64,000 bases of DNA, taken from assembly GCA_018818125.1 (NCBI GenBank), contig JAHISQ010000054.1:66514-130513 (forward strand), read 5' to 3'. The stretch comes from Candidatus Rifleibacteriota bacterium (GTDB taxonomy: Bacteria; Muiribacteriota; Ozemobacteria; Ozemobacterales; Ozemobacteraceae). This document shows positions 30,222 to 39,484 of this stretch, piece by piece (position 1 is the first letter of the stretch; the number at the start of each line of letters is the position of its first letter). Position numbers and translations under genes: made by a program. The notes beneath the pieces are model-generated. The model saw only the letters and a program-made list of their open reading frames with translations, did no database searches and was not told the origin of the DNA.

Positions 30222-32206
30222 ATAACCACCACCTTCCAGAGCAGCAATATCAAAAGTGTGATCGCGACGTAGCCGATATAGAGGTGCAGGCGACCGTGCT
30301 GTAGTGCACGCAAAGGCAACAAGGCACGGTCTATCAGCCCAAATAGCGGCAAAAACAGGTAGCGCAGTAAAGAATCCGGAGCATCGCTCCTGTAGCTCGC
30401 ATGCCGAGGAAAAAGTCCGGATACCTTCTCGCCATGCCGGTATGGCCTGACAATTACCGAAAAGATGTCGACAATCGTCTGTGAGAAGGAAGAAGAAGTA
30501 TACTGCATTCTGGCGTCAGGTTCGGCGTAACCACAATCCCAGGTAAGCCGGTCACTACGGTCGCCACGACTGAATAATCTGCGGCGGATCTGCCAGCCAA
30601 GAATAACCAGAATCAGCAGAGCTAGCGAAAGCTGCACCACCATAATCACCGGCTGTTGCAATAGATTACCCTGCAAATCAGCGGCTGAAAAGCCAGCCTG
30701 GCTTGTCATTAAGGCTCCGGCAACTGCCAGCAAAGGCTTGAGCAGCCATGGCGAAGCAACAGTTATGAGGCCCATCAGGACAATTAGAATAATGAACGGA
30801 ACTCTTACCAGAGGTGTGACCTCATAAATCTCACGCTTTTTATCATGCCGCGGAGCTCCAAGAAAAACCAGACCAAAGGTTCTGGCAAAGGTCGCAACAG
30901 CCAAACCACCTATCAGCGCCAGACCGCCCAGAATAATAGTAGCAAGCAGCAAGGCCTGGGGATTTTTGAGAGTGGCAGTCTGCAAACCGGCAACAAAAAT
31001 GATAAATTCGCTGATAAAACCGTTAAATGGCGGCAAACCGGCAATAGCAGCCGAAGCCAGCGCAAAGCATACCGCTGTGAAAGGCATTCTGCGAGCAAGC
31101 CCACCCATCATCTCAAGCTTGCGTGTGCCAGTTCCCCAGTAAACCGCGCCCGAACCAAAAAAGAGCAGTCCCTTGCAGATTGCATGGTTAAGAATGTGCA
31201 ACAAAGCCCCAACCATAGCAGCTCCGGCAATGACCGGCTGCTTCCAGCACATGGCCATAACTGAGCAGCCGATCGCCATGCAAATGATTCCAGCGTTTTC
31301 CATGCTGCTGTAGGCAATGACCTTTTTAAGGTCTGACTGCGCCAAGGCAGCGATCATTGCGTAAATACCGGTAAGAAGTCCACCGACAACCAGAACCCAA
31401 CCCCAAGAGGCTGCAGGCGCCGGCAACAGCATCAGTATGCGCAGCAGCCCGTAAAAGCCCATTTTACTCATGGCGCCAGACAAAACGGCTGAAACTGGAG
31501 CATCTGCGAAAGTGTAAGAATCTGGCATCCAGACATGCAGTGGCAGAAGTCCCACCTTGACGCCAAAGCCGAAAAGTGCCAGAAAAAACGCTATTGAGGA
31601 TAGCTCTTCGGTAAGATGAGCTGTCGCAAACTGTGCAAATTCCAAACTGCCTGAACTGGCTCCAAGCAGCGCAAAAAGAATCATCAATGCTGCAGTACCA
31701 ATATGACTGGCGACAAAAAATTTCCAGCCTGCACTTCGAGCAGTGGCGATCTCGTCGCGATGCGTGATCAAAAAGAAAGCAGCGACAGACATAATTTCCC
31801 AGGCAAGCAAAAAAATGATGGCATTGGCAGCTACCAGCAAAAGCAGCATGGCTGCAGCCAGGGTATTGAAGAAGAACCAGTAGCCATCAGCACTGTGTTT
31901 TTCATGCCGCGACACAGCCCCTGAGAAAATTGCAGCAAGTGGAACCAGCACAAGCACCGGCACAGCAAAAAAAGCCGAAACGACATCAAGCCCGATAGTT
32001 GCTTCACCAAGTGGCATGTTAAGCGTGAAAACAGCAAAACTGTTGCCATAGAAAAGAACTTTGATAACTGGAAAAATTGCGATGAGTGATCCGAAAATTG
32101 CCGAACCGGCACCGGCAATAGTGCTTACAGACCTGTTTTTTCGGGTTATCAGCGCAAGAATGCCACCCGACATTATTAAAGCGATAGCAATAAGATACTG
32201 CTGCAT
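30218..32206 (-). CDS. HyfB/NuoL-like antiporter-like membrane subunit
   Basis: It is a 662-aa proton-pumping NuoL/MnhA-family protein and the first large gene of the operon. Confidence 0.85.
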   Translation of the reverse strand: MQQYLIAIALIMSGGILALITRKNRSVSTIAGAGSAIFGSLIAIFPVIKVLFYGNSFAVFTLNMPLGEATIGLDVVSAFFAVPVLVLVPLAAIFSGAVSRHEKHSADGYWFFFNTLAAAMLLLLVAANAIIFLLAWEIMSVAAFFLITHRDEIATARSAGWKFFVASHIGTAALMILFALLGASSGSLEFAQFATAHLTEELSSIAFFLALFGFGVKVGLLPLHVWMPDSYTFADAPVSAVLSGAMSKMGFYGLLRILMLLPAPAASWGWVLVVGGLLTGIYAMIAALAQSDLKKVIAYSSMENAGIICMAIGCSVMAMCWKQPVIAGAAMVGALLHILNHAICKGLLFFGSGAVYWGTGTRKLEMMGGLARRMPFTAVCFALASAAIAGLPPFNGFISEFIIFVAGLQTATLKNPQALLLATIILGGLALIGGLAVATFARTFGLVFLGAPRHDKKREIYEVTPLVRVPFIILIVLMGLITVASPWLLKPLLAVAGALMTSQAGFSAADLQGNLLQQPVIMVVQLSLALLILVILGWQIRRRLFSRGDRSDRLTWDCGYAEPDARMQYTSSSFSQTIVDIFSVIVRPYRHGEKVSGLFPRHASYRSDAPDSLLRYLFLPLFGLIDRALLPLRALQHGRLHLYIGYVAITLLILLLWKVVVI

Positions 32207-32574
32207 AGATTGTTCCTGAAAGGCGTCAGCCAGTAATAATTGTCAACATGCTGCACTTTTACGCCTGTTTTTCACATTTGGCAAGAAATTTCAGCAAAAT
32301 TCAGAAGGGTTTGCGTGAATATCTTACAAAACTGGCAAAGTCACTCATAACTACAATTTCAAATCAAGGCATTTGGGCATTTGTAGTTTTATGGATTTCT
32401 AAGTCAATTGAGATTGCTTCATTTCTCGCGAAGGACATGTATGGCCGAGTGTCGGTGAGTCGCTGGAGTGCGAACAAACCGACCAATGACAGAAAAAAGT
32501 CATTGTTATACAAATCAGATGAATCAATCTCTTGGTAAAATGTATTTTGCCATGACGCAGGGGCAATTGATGAA

Positions 32575-33045
32575 CTATCTGGCCATCAGCAGATGAAAGG
32601 CGAACATACCAGAAACCCAGACATAGAAAGCTGCCATACCGAATAAAACCAATGCAAACCAAGCCAGAAAATTCGGTGAGCGCAATGATTTGAACTTGAA
32701 TGACAGTAAGAAAAAAACGATTACTGCAACAGGCAAAAAAGCTGGAATAATGGCATTACGCATCATCAATACTGGAAGAGGCAGAAGGCCGTGACTATAA
32801 CGCATTGCATCCCAGCTCATACCGTCGGTTACCAGCGAATGAGAACCAAAGACGATCCCGGAACAGATAAACAAGAGTATATAGAAAGTCTTATGATGCA
32901 TCCGGGCAGGAGGTGAGCAACGATCCTTTACTTCTTGGAGCTTCTGCTCCAACTCAGGAGTAACATCGATTTGCGCGTCGTCTTGTTCGTTATTCATGAG
33001 ACGATGGTAACACAAATCAAACAGGTACAGCGTCAGCTTTTTCAC
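32575..33045 (-). CDS. Hypothetical integral membrane protein (possible first gene of the hydrogenase-like operon)
   Basis: It has three or four hydrophobic helices. It is in the same orientation as the downstream complex and 368 nt upstream of it. No recognisable family. Confidence 0.4.
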   Translation of the reverse strand: MKKLTLYLFDLCYHRLMNNEQDDAQIDVTPELEQKLQEVKDRCSPPARMHHKTFYILLFICSGIVFGSHSLVTDGMSWDAMRYSHGLLPLPVLMMRNAIIPAFLPVAVIVFFLLSFKFKSLRSPNFLAWFALVLFGMAAFYVWVSGMFAFHLLMAR

Positions 33046-33380
33046 AATAACGACTCACTTCTCAGAGGTCTATTTTAACGAAAATAGTTTTTATTCGCAT
33101 AAGCCATAAAAAAAAAATCACAGTAATGGGTTGTTTGCGACCAAGCTACAAACTCTGTGTGAAAATTATCTGGCTGATTAATTCACAGAGAAACCAACCA
33201 GTGTACAGCTCTCAATTTAAAAAAATTGCAAAAAAACAGGTTTAGCCCTTGGAAATATAAGTTTTATCGGTTAGAATTTACAAAACAGAAGCTGATCTGC
33301 TGAGCATGATTGAACTTACCCGTATATATTAGCTATTAACCCGTCTATGGTGCGGCAGATCTGCATTACGAAATAAGAAT

Positions 33381-34712
33381 GTGTTTCCTGACAAGGGAAA
33401 GGTGTATAGAGTAGTGAAAAATTTGCTTAAAGCAGTTTGTTATTGTTTGCTTTTTCTGGCATTTATCAGTTGCAGTGCAGCAAATGCCGAGTTATTGATC
33501 GTAAGTGACCTTACTGGCCGCGATGCCAGCCCATGGGAGCGTACCGAGCTACTCGAAGATACTGACCCTCACTTTGTCACTGAGAATTTTCACTTAAAGG
33601 GCAGACAAACGCACAGCAGCATCCAGAAGGCTTTTAATACCAACCAGCCGCATTCACGCAACTTCCTGCTGCACTTTGCCCCAAACTGGAATAAATCCAG
33701 CAACAAAACCCCGATCCTGCTCGTACATGGCGCCGGCGACAATGCATATCGTGGTTTCTGCCACCCATACACCATGGATATGCCAGAAAACGGCAAAATC
33801 GACAAGACCGGTATAATGCAATTTCTGGTCAAAAAAGGGTTTTCGGTATTTGCCGTAACCTTTTCACACCCTCACGGCTGCAACTTTTTACAGGCACAGC
33901 AGCTCGCCAACGCAATAAGTCGCGTTAAAGAAGTGACTGGAAGCGCAAAGGTTGATGTTATCTGCCACAGCAAGGGTGCCATGCCGGTAAGAATTTACGC
34001 ATCAGACCTCGCTTCTAACAATCATGAATTCAACTGGATAACTCCATTCCGCAAAGATATACGAAATATTATATTTGTAGCGTCGCCACTTAAAGGGATT
34101 GACACAGCTTTCAGATATTATGCCTACAACATCACTGTCAAGATGCAGAGCATGGCCGCCCCACTCGGGCCAGAATCAATGCTCTGGCAGGGCATGTTTG
34201 TTGATAACTATCATCACAACAAGCTTTTTCCAGGACAGTTTCAGATGTTACACAACTGGGTCAAAGATGGCATACCCTTCAGCGACCAAAGCATGACTAT
34301 GGACGCCAATATGACCCGATCTGCACTTTACAATGGCGGCGTTTCAACCCTTCTGGTATCAGACGGTATCGATCGGGCTATACAGGAAGGCGGCGATGTG
34401 ATAAGATTGCTCAACGAAAAGGGCATAGATCCTTCGGTTACCTGCCACATACTTGCTGGCACCAAACAGACAATTGACAAGGTCAAATTTTTATGGCTTG
34501 AGATACCGGTCGGAGAATTTGCTGACAGCAGCGATGGTGTGCTTTTTCTTAAAAGTGCCACTTACACTAAAGGTTTGAGTGCAAGAGGAGCCAAAATAGG
34601 CAGCGTAAAAACATTTGACACACATCATGTTGGATTAACCATTATACCAGCCGCACTTAATCACATAGCCGAGGTTCTCAGTGAAAGAAATACTGATAAA
34701 AAAATACGATAA
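33381..34712 (+). CDS. Secreted alpha/beta-hydrolase, lipase class 2-like
   Basis: It has a signal peptide (VKNLLKAVCYCLLFLAFISCSAANA). Its LLVHGAGDN oxyanion region and nucleophile elbow VDVICHSKGA resemble the Bacillus LipA AHSMGG box. The start may be the internal GTG at ~33414. Confidence 0.65.
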   Translation: MFPDKGKVYRVVKNLLKAVCYCLLFLAFISCSAANAELLIVSDLTGRDASPWERTELLEDTDPHFVTENFHLKGRQTHSSIQKAFNTNQPHSRNFLLHFAPNWNKSSNKTPILLVHGAGDNAYRGFCHPYTMDMPENGKIDKTGIMQFLVKKGFSVFAVTFSHPHGCNFLQAQQLANAISRVKEVTGSAKVDVICHSKGAMPVRIYASDLASNNHEFNWITPFRKDIRNIIFVASPLKGIDTAFRYYAYNITVKMQSMAAPLGPESMLWQGMFVDNYHHNKLFPGQFQMLHNWVKDGIPFSDQSMTMDANMTRSALYNGGVSTLLVSDGIDRAIQEGGDVIRLLNEKGIDPSVTCHILAGTKQTIDKVKFLWLEIPVGEFADSSDGVLFLKSATYTKGLSARGAKIGSVKTFDTHHVGLTIIPAALNHIAEVLSERNTDKKIR

Positions 34713-35235
34713 CCGTCGACTCTACTGTGTCGAAGAAGCCCGTTACGTTTCACTTACCGAAATTCGCGATTTTTTGCAGCGCGGCGACAAGGTAAAAGTA
34801 ATAGAAAAAAGCTCCGGCAAAGACATCACCAAGTATATTCTGATGCAGGTTCTGCTTGAAGAACGCTACGATCTGCTGCCCACCTATTTTTATCAGATGA
34901 TTCTGCAGTCGCCGCCAGAAGCGATTGACAGCTTTTTCAAAAAGTTTTTCCCGTGGATGATGGATGTCTACAAGGGCTTCCAGGAAGGCAGTTTCAGCAT
35001 GCCGTCAATGCCAGGTATGTCTGGAATGCCAAACATGCCGGGCATGTCAGGTATGCCGCAGATGCCCTTTCAAAACCCATGGATGCAGACGCCTTTCAAC
35101 CCGTTCACTCAACAGCAGCCACAGCCTAAAAAGCAGGAAAAGTCAGAACCAGCCAAAGAAGGCAATGACGATGCCATGGCCGAAATACTCAAACGGCTAC
35201 GCGAACTTGAAGCGAAAGTTAAATCAGACAGTTGA
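34681..35235 (+). CDS. phaR: PhaR-type PHA-synthesis repressor (PHB_acc_N DNA-binding domain) with Met/Pro-rich C-terminal repeat
   Basis: The N-terminus ILIKKYDNRRLYCVEEARYVSLTEIRDFL...ILMQVLLEER matches the IKKYPNRRLYDT...L.QI.LEE consensus of PhaR. The C-terminus contains MPSMPGMSGMPNMPGMSGMPQMP. A GTG start overlaps the end of the lipase-like gene. Confidence 0.7.
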   Translation: MKEILIKKYDNRRLYCVEEARYVSLTEIRDFLQRGDKVKVIEKSSGKDITKYILMQVLLEERYDLLPTYFYQMILQSPPEAIDSFFKKFFPWMMDVYKGFQEGSFSMPSMPGMSGMPNMPGMSGMPQMPFQNPWMQTPFNPFTQQQPQPKKQEKSEPAKEGNDDAMAEILKRLRELEAKVKSDS

Positions 35236-35276
35236 ACTGCCGACATTGATTTACGATTTTACCGAGAGGGACTTCC

Positions 35277-35813
35277 ATGCAAATTTACAAGTACAAACTG
35301 CAACTGCTGCTCACCTTGTTGGCAATCTTCAGTTTTGGGCATTCCAGAGCGACAGCTGACCAGTTAAGCTATCTGTTTCCAACAAACATTTCGTTACGAA
35401 TTGCAGATTCATCTATTGATAGCGCTGGCAGACTGCAGTTGTCGGTAATCATTGAGAGTAAACTTGGAAATCTCAGCGATCTCGAAATATATTTTGACAG
35501 CTCTAAAGATTTTAAAGTTATCACAAATTTGCGCACACTAAAGCTGCTCAAGCCACAATCCGCCCGCAAAGTCAGAGTTCTGGCAATCAAAACCGGCAAT
35601 CAGCCCGACGAAATTGGCTCCTGGGTTAAGGTGGGAGTTAAATACTCACCTGATTATCAGGCAATTTTGCAGGCCGTAAACAATACTGACGAGTACCCTG
35701 ATCAGTTCGAACGGCAACGACTGATTGATATAGCTCAATCCAATGAGCAGGCAAAATCGCGCTATTCTGATGCAATACGTTTTTTCGCTGACAAAGACGG
35801 GAGCAAAGAATGA
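35277..35813 (+). CDS. Secreted hypothetical protein
   Basis: It has a signal peptide MQIYKYKLQLLLTLLAIFSFGHSRATA. It is translationally coupled to the next gene through an ATGA overlap. Confidence 0.5.
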   Translation: MQIYKYKLQLLLTLLAIFSFGHSRATADQLSYLFPTNISLRIADSSIDSAGRLQLSVIIESKLGNLSDLEIYFDSSKDFKVITNLRTLKLLKPQSARKVRVLAIKTGNQPDEIGSWVKVGVKYSPDYQAILQAVNNTDEYPDQFERQRLIDIAQSNEQAKSRYSDAIRFFADKDGSKE

Positions 35814-37144
35814 AAACCAGAATCATCCGTAGTCCTGGATATATACTTATATTGTTTTTGTTCCTTAGCTTTGCCACGATTCCTCTTGCCGCGGTAGAAA
35901 TGAGTATAACTTATTCAGTAATTACCGGTTACGGCAAGGCACAAGAGCTCAAACCTGCCTCCAGCAACGAAACAGTTGTAAAATCAGAAGATGGGCAGAA
36001 TGCCTACCGTGTCAAATCAGTCAAAATAAGAGACGAAGCGCACCTGTTGCAATTAATGGGCGGAAATGAAAGTGAGCTAACGGATCTGCAACGCGGTCTG
36101 CTCGAAACTTACCGCTTCTCGACACAGCAAAAGTTCACCGACCTTAGACCGCGCGTCCCAAGCGACAATGGCAGCATGAATCTGGAACTGGTTGACATCA
36201 CCGGCTACGAAGATAAAGAACGCTATCCAAAGATCAGTCAAGACTTCTGGCCGCAAAGAGAAAGAACGCTCAGCTACGACAACGGCACATACAACACACA
36301 TTCTGAAATACGCATCAGCGGTGCCAATTGCATCGGCTATGGGCCAGAAGCAGCACGACTGATGCAGACCACCTATGCTCATGAGTTCGGCCATGCACTC
36401 GATCTTACTTCTATAGAGCTTGACGGTTACGGTTTTGACGATGCTCATTACCTGAACGAAAAAACGGGAGCAAAAGCTTCTTTTTCAGAGGGGTTTGCCA
36501 ATTTCATCAAGGCCCTTTTCTTTCCTGAAGAAGAGAACAGCTATCGCAACAGTGTTCAGACCGTTAAAATTGAAAAGCCTGAAGGCGGATACGACACTTA
36601 TCCGATAGCTGGCGGCCAAATTACCGGGGAAGATTTTTTGCATATTGAAGCAATAAATGCCCTGATTTTCACCCGGTTGGCCAGTGAACTACCAAACGGC
36701 GAAAAACTGGTTCTCGACTCGTTTTCAAAACACCAGAGCAACGACAATCGCATGGCGCTGTTTCTGAAAAATTTCATCAAAGACTACCCAGAGCATGCCT
36801 CAATAGCCGCTCAGATTCTTGACCGAGAGACTTTTGGCAATCTTACAAACGATCAGATGCGCCAGATTATGGGTCGTTCAGCCGCCGTAGACAGCTACCT
36901 GAACAGCCGAGGCGGGCAATCCAACTCTGTCAGCAAGCCAACGAACCCGACCAATACCATTAATCCGCCAGTCCATAAACCAGGCACTATCTATAAGTGG
37001 AAGGATGAAAATGGAGACTGGCACTTCACCGATTCCCCGCCGCCTAATGGCGAGGAATATAAAACCCTGAAAAGCCCGGCAGCTACCACTTCTGGAAATG
37101 AATCAGACAAGGCTCCCGACAGCAACCCGTTCAGCGTCGATTAA
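35810..37144 (+). CDS. Secreted HEXXH zinc-metallopeptidase-like protein with C-terminal DUF4124-like motif
   Basis: It has a signal peptide. HEFGHALD is a zincin motif. The C-terminus YKWKDENGDWHFTDSPPPNG matches the W-D-x-G-x-x-H-[FY]-[ST]-D DUF4124 signature. Confidence 0.6.
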   Translation: MKTRIIRSPGYILILFLFLSFATIPLAAVEMSITYSVITGYGKAQELKPASSNETVVKSEDGQNAYRVKSVKIRDEAHLLQLMGGNESELTDLQRGLLETYRFSTQQKFTDLRPRVPSDNGSMNLELVDITGYEDKERYPKISQDFWPQRERTLSYDNGTYNTHSEIRISGANCIGYGPEAARLMQTTYAHEFGHALDLTSIELDGYGFDDAHYLNEKTGAKASFSEGFANFIKALFFPEEENSYRNSVQTVKIEKPEGGYDTYPIAGGQITGEDFLHIEAINALIFTRLASELPNGEKLVLDSFSKHQSNDNRMALFLKNFIKDYPEHASIAAQILDRETFGNLTNDQMRQIMGRSAAVDSYLNSRGGQSNSVSKPTNPTNTINPPVHKPGTIYKWKDENGDWHFTDSPPPNGEEYKTLKSPAATTSGNESDKAPDSNPFSVD

Positions 37145-37289
37145 ACCTGTTTTGCCGAACTTAAATTTCGCAAATCAAGCGAAAAATTAATAAACTTACT
37201 ATCAAATCTCAAGTATAGATTAAGTGGTCAAAATTTAGTGTGCCACGTGCCGGTATAATTAAAGACAACTTGTTTGATGAGGTAAATTC

Positions 37290-38489
37290 ATGAAAAAATC
37301 GACAAATTTACATTTTTTACTGATCGCTATCCTTGTGTTAGGCAGTTTCATTGCGTTATCGCCTGGATTTGCTGTTGATCCTTTCTCTTCTGAAAACACT
37401 ATTACTGTCGATCAGATAATCCAGCGCGATGATAGCAAAGTTGTTGAGACTGAGACACCACCCGTTGTCACTGTCAGCAAAAACGAAGTTATCATTGCTC
37501 CTGTTAAACAGCCGACAACAGATCCAGAACCCGCTAAAGCCACAACTGAAGAAAAAAAAGAAGTTGCCGCACCTGCTAAGGTTACTATTGCAACCGAAGC
37601 TGGCTACAGCAAAATCCTAGAGGGTTACGAAGAACAAAGCATCTCGATTGATGGCGATAATTATTGTGGTCAATTCGCCATGAGCTCAGTATTTAAAGGC
37701 CTTGGTATCGACAAATCCCCCCAGGAAACCTATAAAGCAACCAATCCGAGCGGAATTTTCACAGCACCGCCGGTAATTGTTGGCTATCTCAACAAGAATG
37801 GTGTCAAAGCGCAACAGCGCCAGAATTGTTCGCTTGAAGATATCGCCAAGAAGATCGATGCCGGGCTGCCAGTAATGGTATTGGTCGATTCTGGTGACGG
37901 CACACCTCATTGGATATGCATCTACGGATATACCCGTGACGCTTCCGGAAAAATAGCTTCGGTGCGCATGCGAGACTCATATTGGGGCACAAGTTCCGGC
38001 CATGAAATGGACGCAGAAACTTTTACCAAAGCCTGGAAACAACCATTTGGCGACACATTAATCGGCAAGATCGCTGGTTACTCTAATCTTATGATCGACA
38101 TCAACGGCAACTCAACCTGGCCAGCAACTCCATTTGCCACTGCCACCGAAGACAACATGGCCTCAGGCATCAACGAAGTGGTAACCGGCTGGACCAACCG
38201 CGACTGGGGGCAACTGGCTGGCGGCGCCGCCAAATTGATCAACGGCATTCCGGGAGCAGTAATAAGCATTGGCTCAAGATTGCCGACAACACTTGGCAAC
38301 AGCCTCACCAATTGGGGCAAAGAAAAGTTTGGAAACTCCGGCATCGGAAACAAGCTTCTCGGTGGCGCTGCCATTGCAGGCGGCTCAGTTCTGCAGGCTG
38401 GCGGATGGGTAGCCAATCAGGTTGGCAACGCGGCATCTTCGGTGGCAAAGGCCATAGGCAATGGCATTGGTCGCCTTTTTGGCAGATAA
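37290..38489 (+). CDS. Secreted papain-fold (peptidase C39-like) cysteine peptidase with C-terminal glycine-zipper region
   Basis: It has a signal peptide. Catalytic-like Cys sits in NYCGQFAMSSV and His in TPHWICIYGY, followed by an Asp. The last ~100 aa are Gly-rich with a GxxxG/A periodicity (GGAAIAGGSVLQAGGWVANQVGNAASS). Confidence 0.6.
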   Translation: MKKSTNLHFLLIAILVLGSFIALSPGFAVDPFSSENTITVDQIIQRDDSKVVETETPPVVTVSKNEVIIAPVKQPTTDPEPAKATTEEKKEVAAPAKVTIATEAGYSKILEGYEEQSISIDGDNYCGQFAMSSVFKGLGIDKSPQETYKATNPSGIFTAPPVIVGYLNKNGVKAQQRQNCSLEDIAKKIDAGLPVMVLVDSGDGTPHWICIYGYTRDASGKIASVRMRDSYWGTSSGHEMDAETFTKAWKQPFGDTLIGKIAGYSNLMIDINGNSTWPATPFATATEDNMASGINEVVTGWTNRDWGQLAGGAAKLINGIPGAVISIGSRLPTTLGNSLTNWGKEKFGNSGIGNKLLGGAAIAGGSVLQAGGWVANQVGNAASSVAKAIGNGIGRLFGR

Positions 38490-38510
38490 CAGGATAAAAG
38501 GAGTACAACC

Positions 38511-38699
38511 ATGGGATTCTTTCCAGCCCTTGCGGCCGCCTATGTAATTTTTGCGTTTGTGTTTCAGACCATTGCTGTTGGTTTCATTGCAGCAGACAAC
38601 CGTTGTGAAAATCACCGGGCAGGCTGGGCGTTTCTAGCGCTGTTAACCGGGCCAGTCGGCATACTTATTTACATGTTCAAAGGCAGAAAGCACTTCTAG
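38511..38699 (+). CDS. Small two-TM membrane protein, PLDc_N-like (phospholipase-D-nuclease N-terminal domain family)
   Basis: It is 62 aa. It has a strong aaaaggag RBS. LALLTGPVGILIYMFKGRK matches the PLDc_N motif. Confidence 0.5.
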   Translation: MGFFPALAAAYVIFAFVFQTIAVGFIAADNRCENHRAGWAFLALLTGPVGILIYMFKGRKHF

Positions 38700-38913
38700 A
38701 TCCAAATCTTTTTAAAAAGCAGCGTTCAAGCCAGCAGATGGCTTGAGCGCTGCTTTTGCTTTGTATGTAAAACAGGGCTATGTCATTACATTCTTATATG
38801 ATAAGCAGAGCCAGTTATTCGCTCATCCTGTCATAGTGATAAAAAGCACAAACCACGCCCGCAAAGGTTTTACACAATTAAATAGATCAAAACTGTTATT
38901 TTTGTTAGAATTA

Positions 38914-39468
38914 GACAGAGTGAAAAAAAAATTTGAAAAGATATTCTGCATCAGCACAGCGCTGATACTATTAGGGTTTGTTGCGGCTGAAGCTCAGGAT
39001 TCACAGCAGCAGGCTCTTTTTCTGTTGCGCAAGGCCCGGCAAGCACAGGAACTCAATCAACCCGAAAAAGCGCGGGCGCTTATCAGGCAGGCACAAGAAC
39101 TGCAGCCAGGCATTCAGGAGCCTGTCTGGCCGACTCAGCAACAGCTCAACCGCAAGTTCGATGATTTAACAACAGCAGCGCGCAAAAGTCTTCTCAACAA
39201 TTTTCGCAAAAAACCAGATCCCGACACACTATGGCTCCTTGAGGTCTTTCTCATCCGCAACCCTCAGGATCAGGAAATTCGCAACACACTCGTCGGGTTT
39301 TATCTGGCCACCGGAGACCAAACAAGCCTCAAAAGGCTTGGGCATACTATACCGAAAGCTGATTACAGTCGCTTAAGCCTTAAAATAATTTCAGTGCTAC
39401 TGATCAGCGCTCTGGCTTTGTGGCAACTCTGGGTTTTGTTAAAAGAAATTATCCAACGTCCATCATAG
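38914..39468 (+). CDS. Hypothetical helical protein with N-terminal signal/anchor and C-terminal TM helix
   Basis: The ORF track gives 38743..39468. The hydrophobic signal-like segment KKKFEKIFCISTALILLGFVAAEA begins at an internal GTG, so the shorter form was chosen. The central region is Q/A/R-rich and helical. Confidence 0.4.
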   Translation, partial: DRVKKKFEKIFCISTALILLGFVAAEAQDSQQQALFLLRKARQAQELNQPEKARALIRQAQELQPGIQEPVWPTQQQLNRKFDDLTTAARKSLLNNFRKKPDPDTLWLLEVFLIRNPQDQEIRNTLVGFYLATGDQTSLKRLGHTIPKADYSRLSLKIISVLLISALALWQLWVLLKEIIQRPS

Positions 39469-39484
39469 GTTAGGAGTTCAGCTT

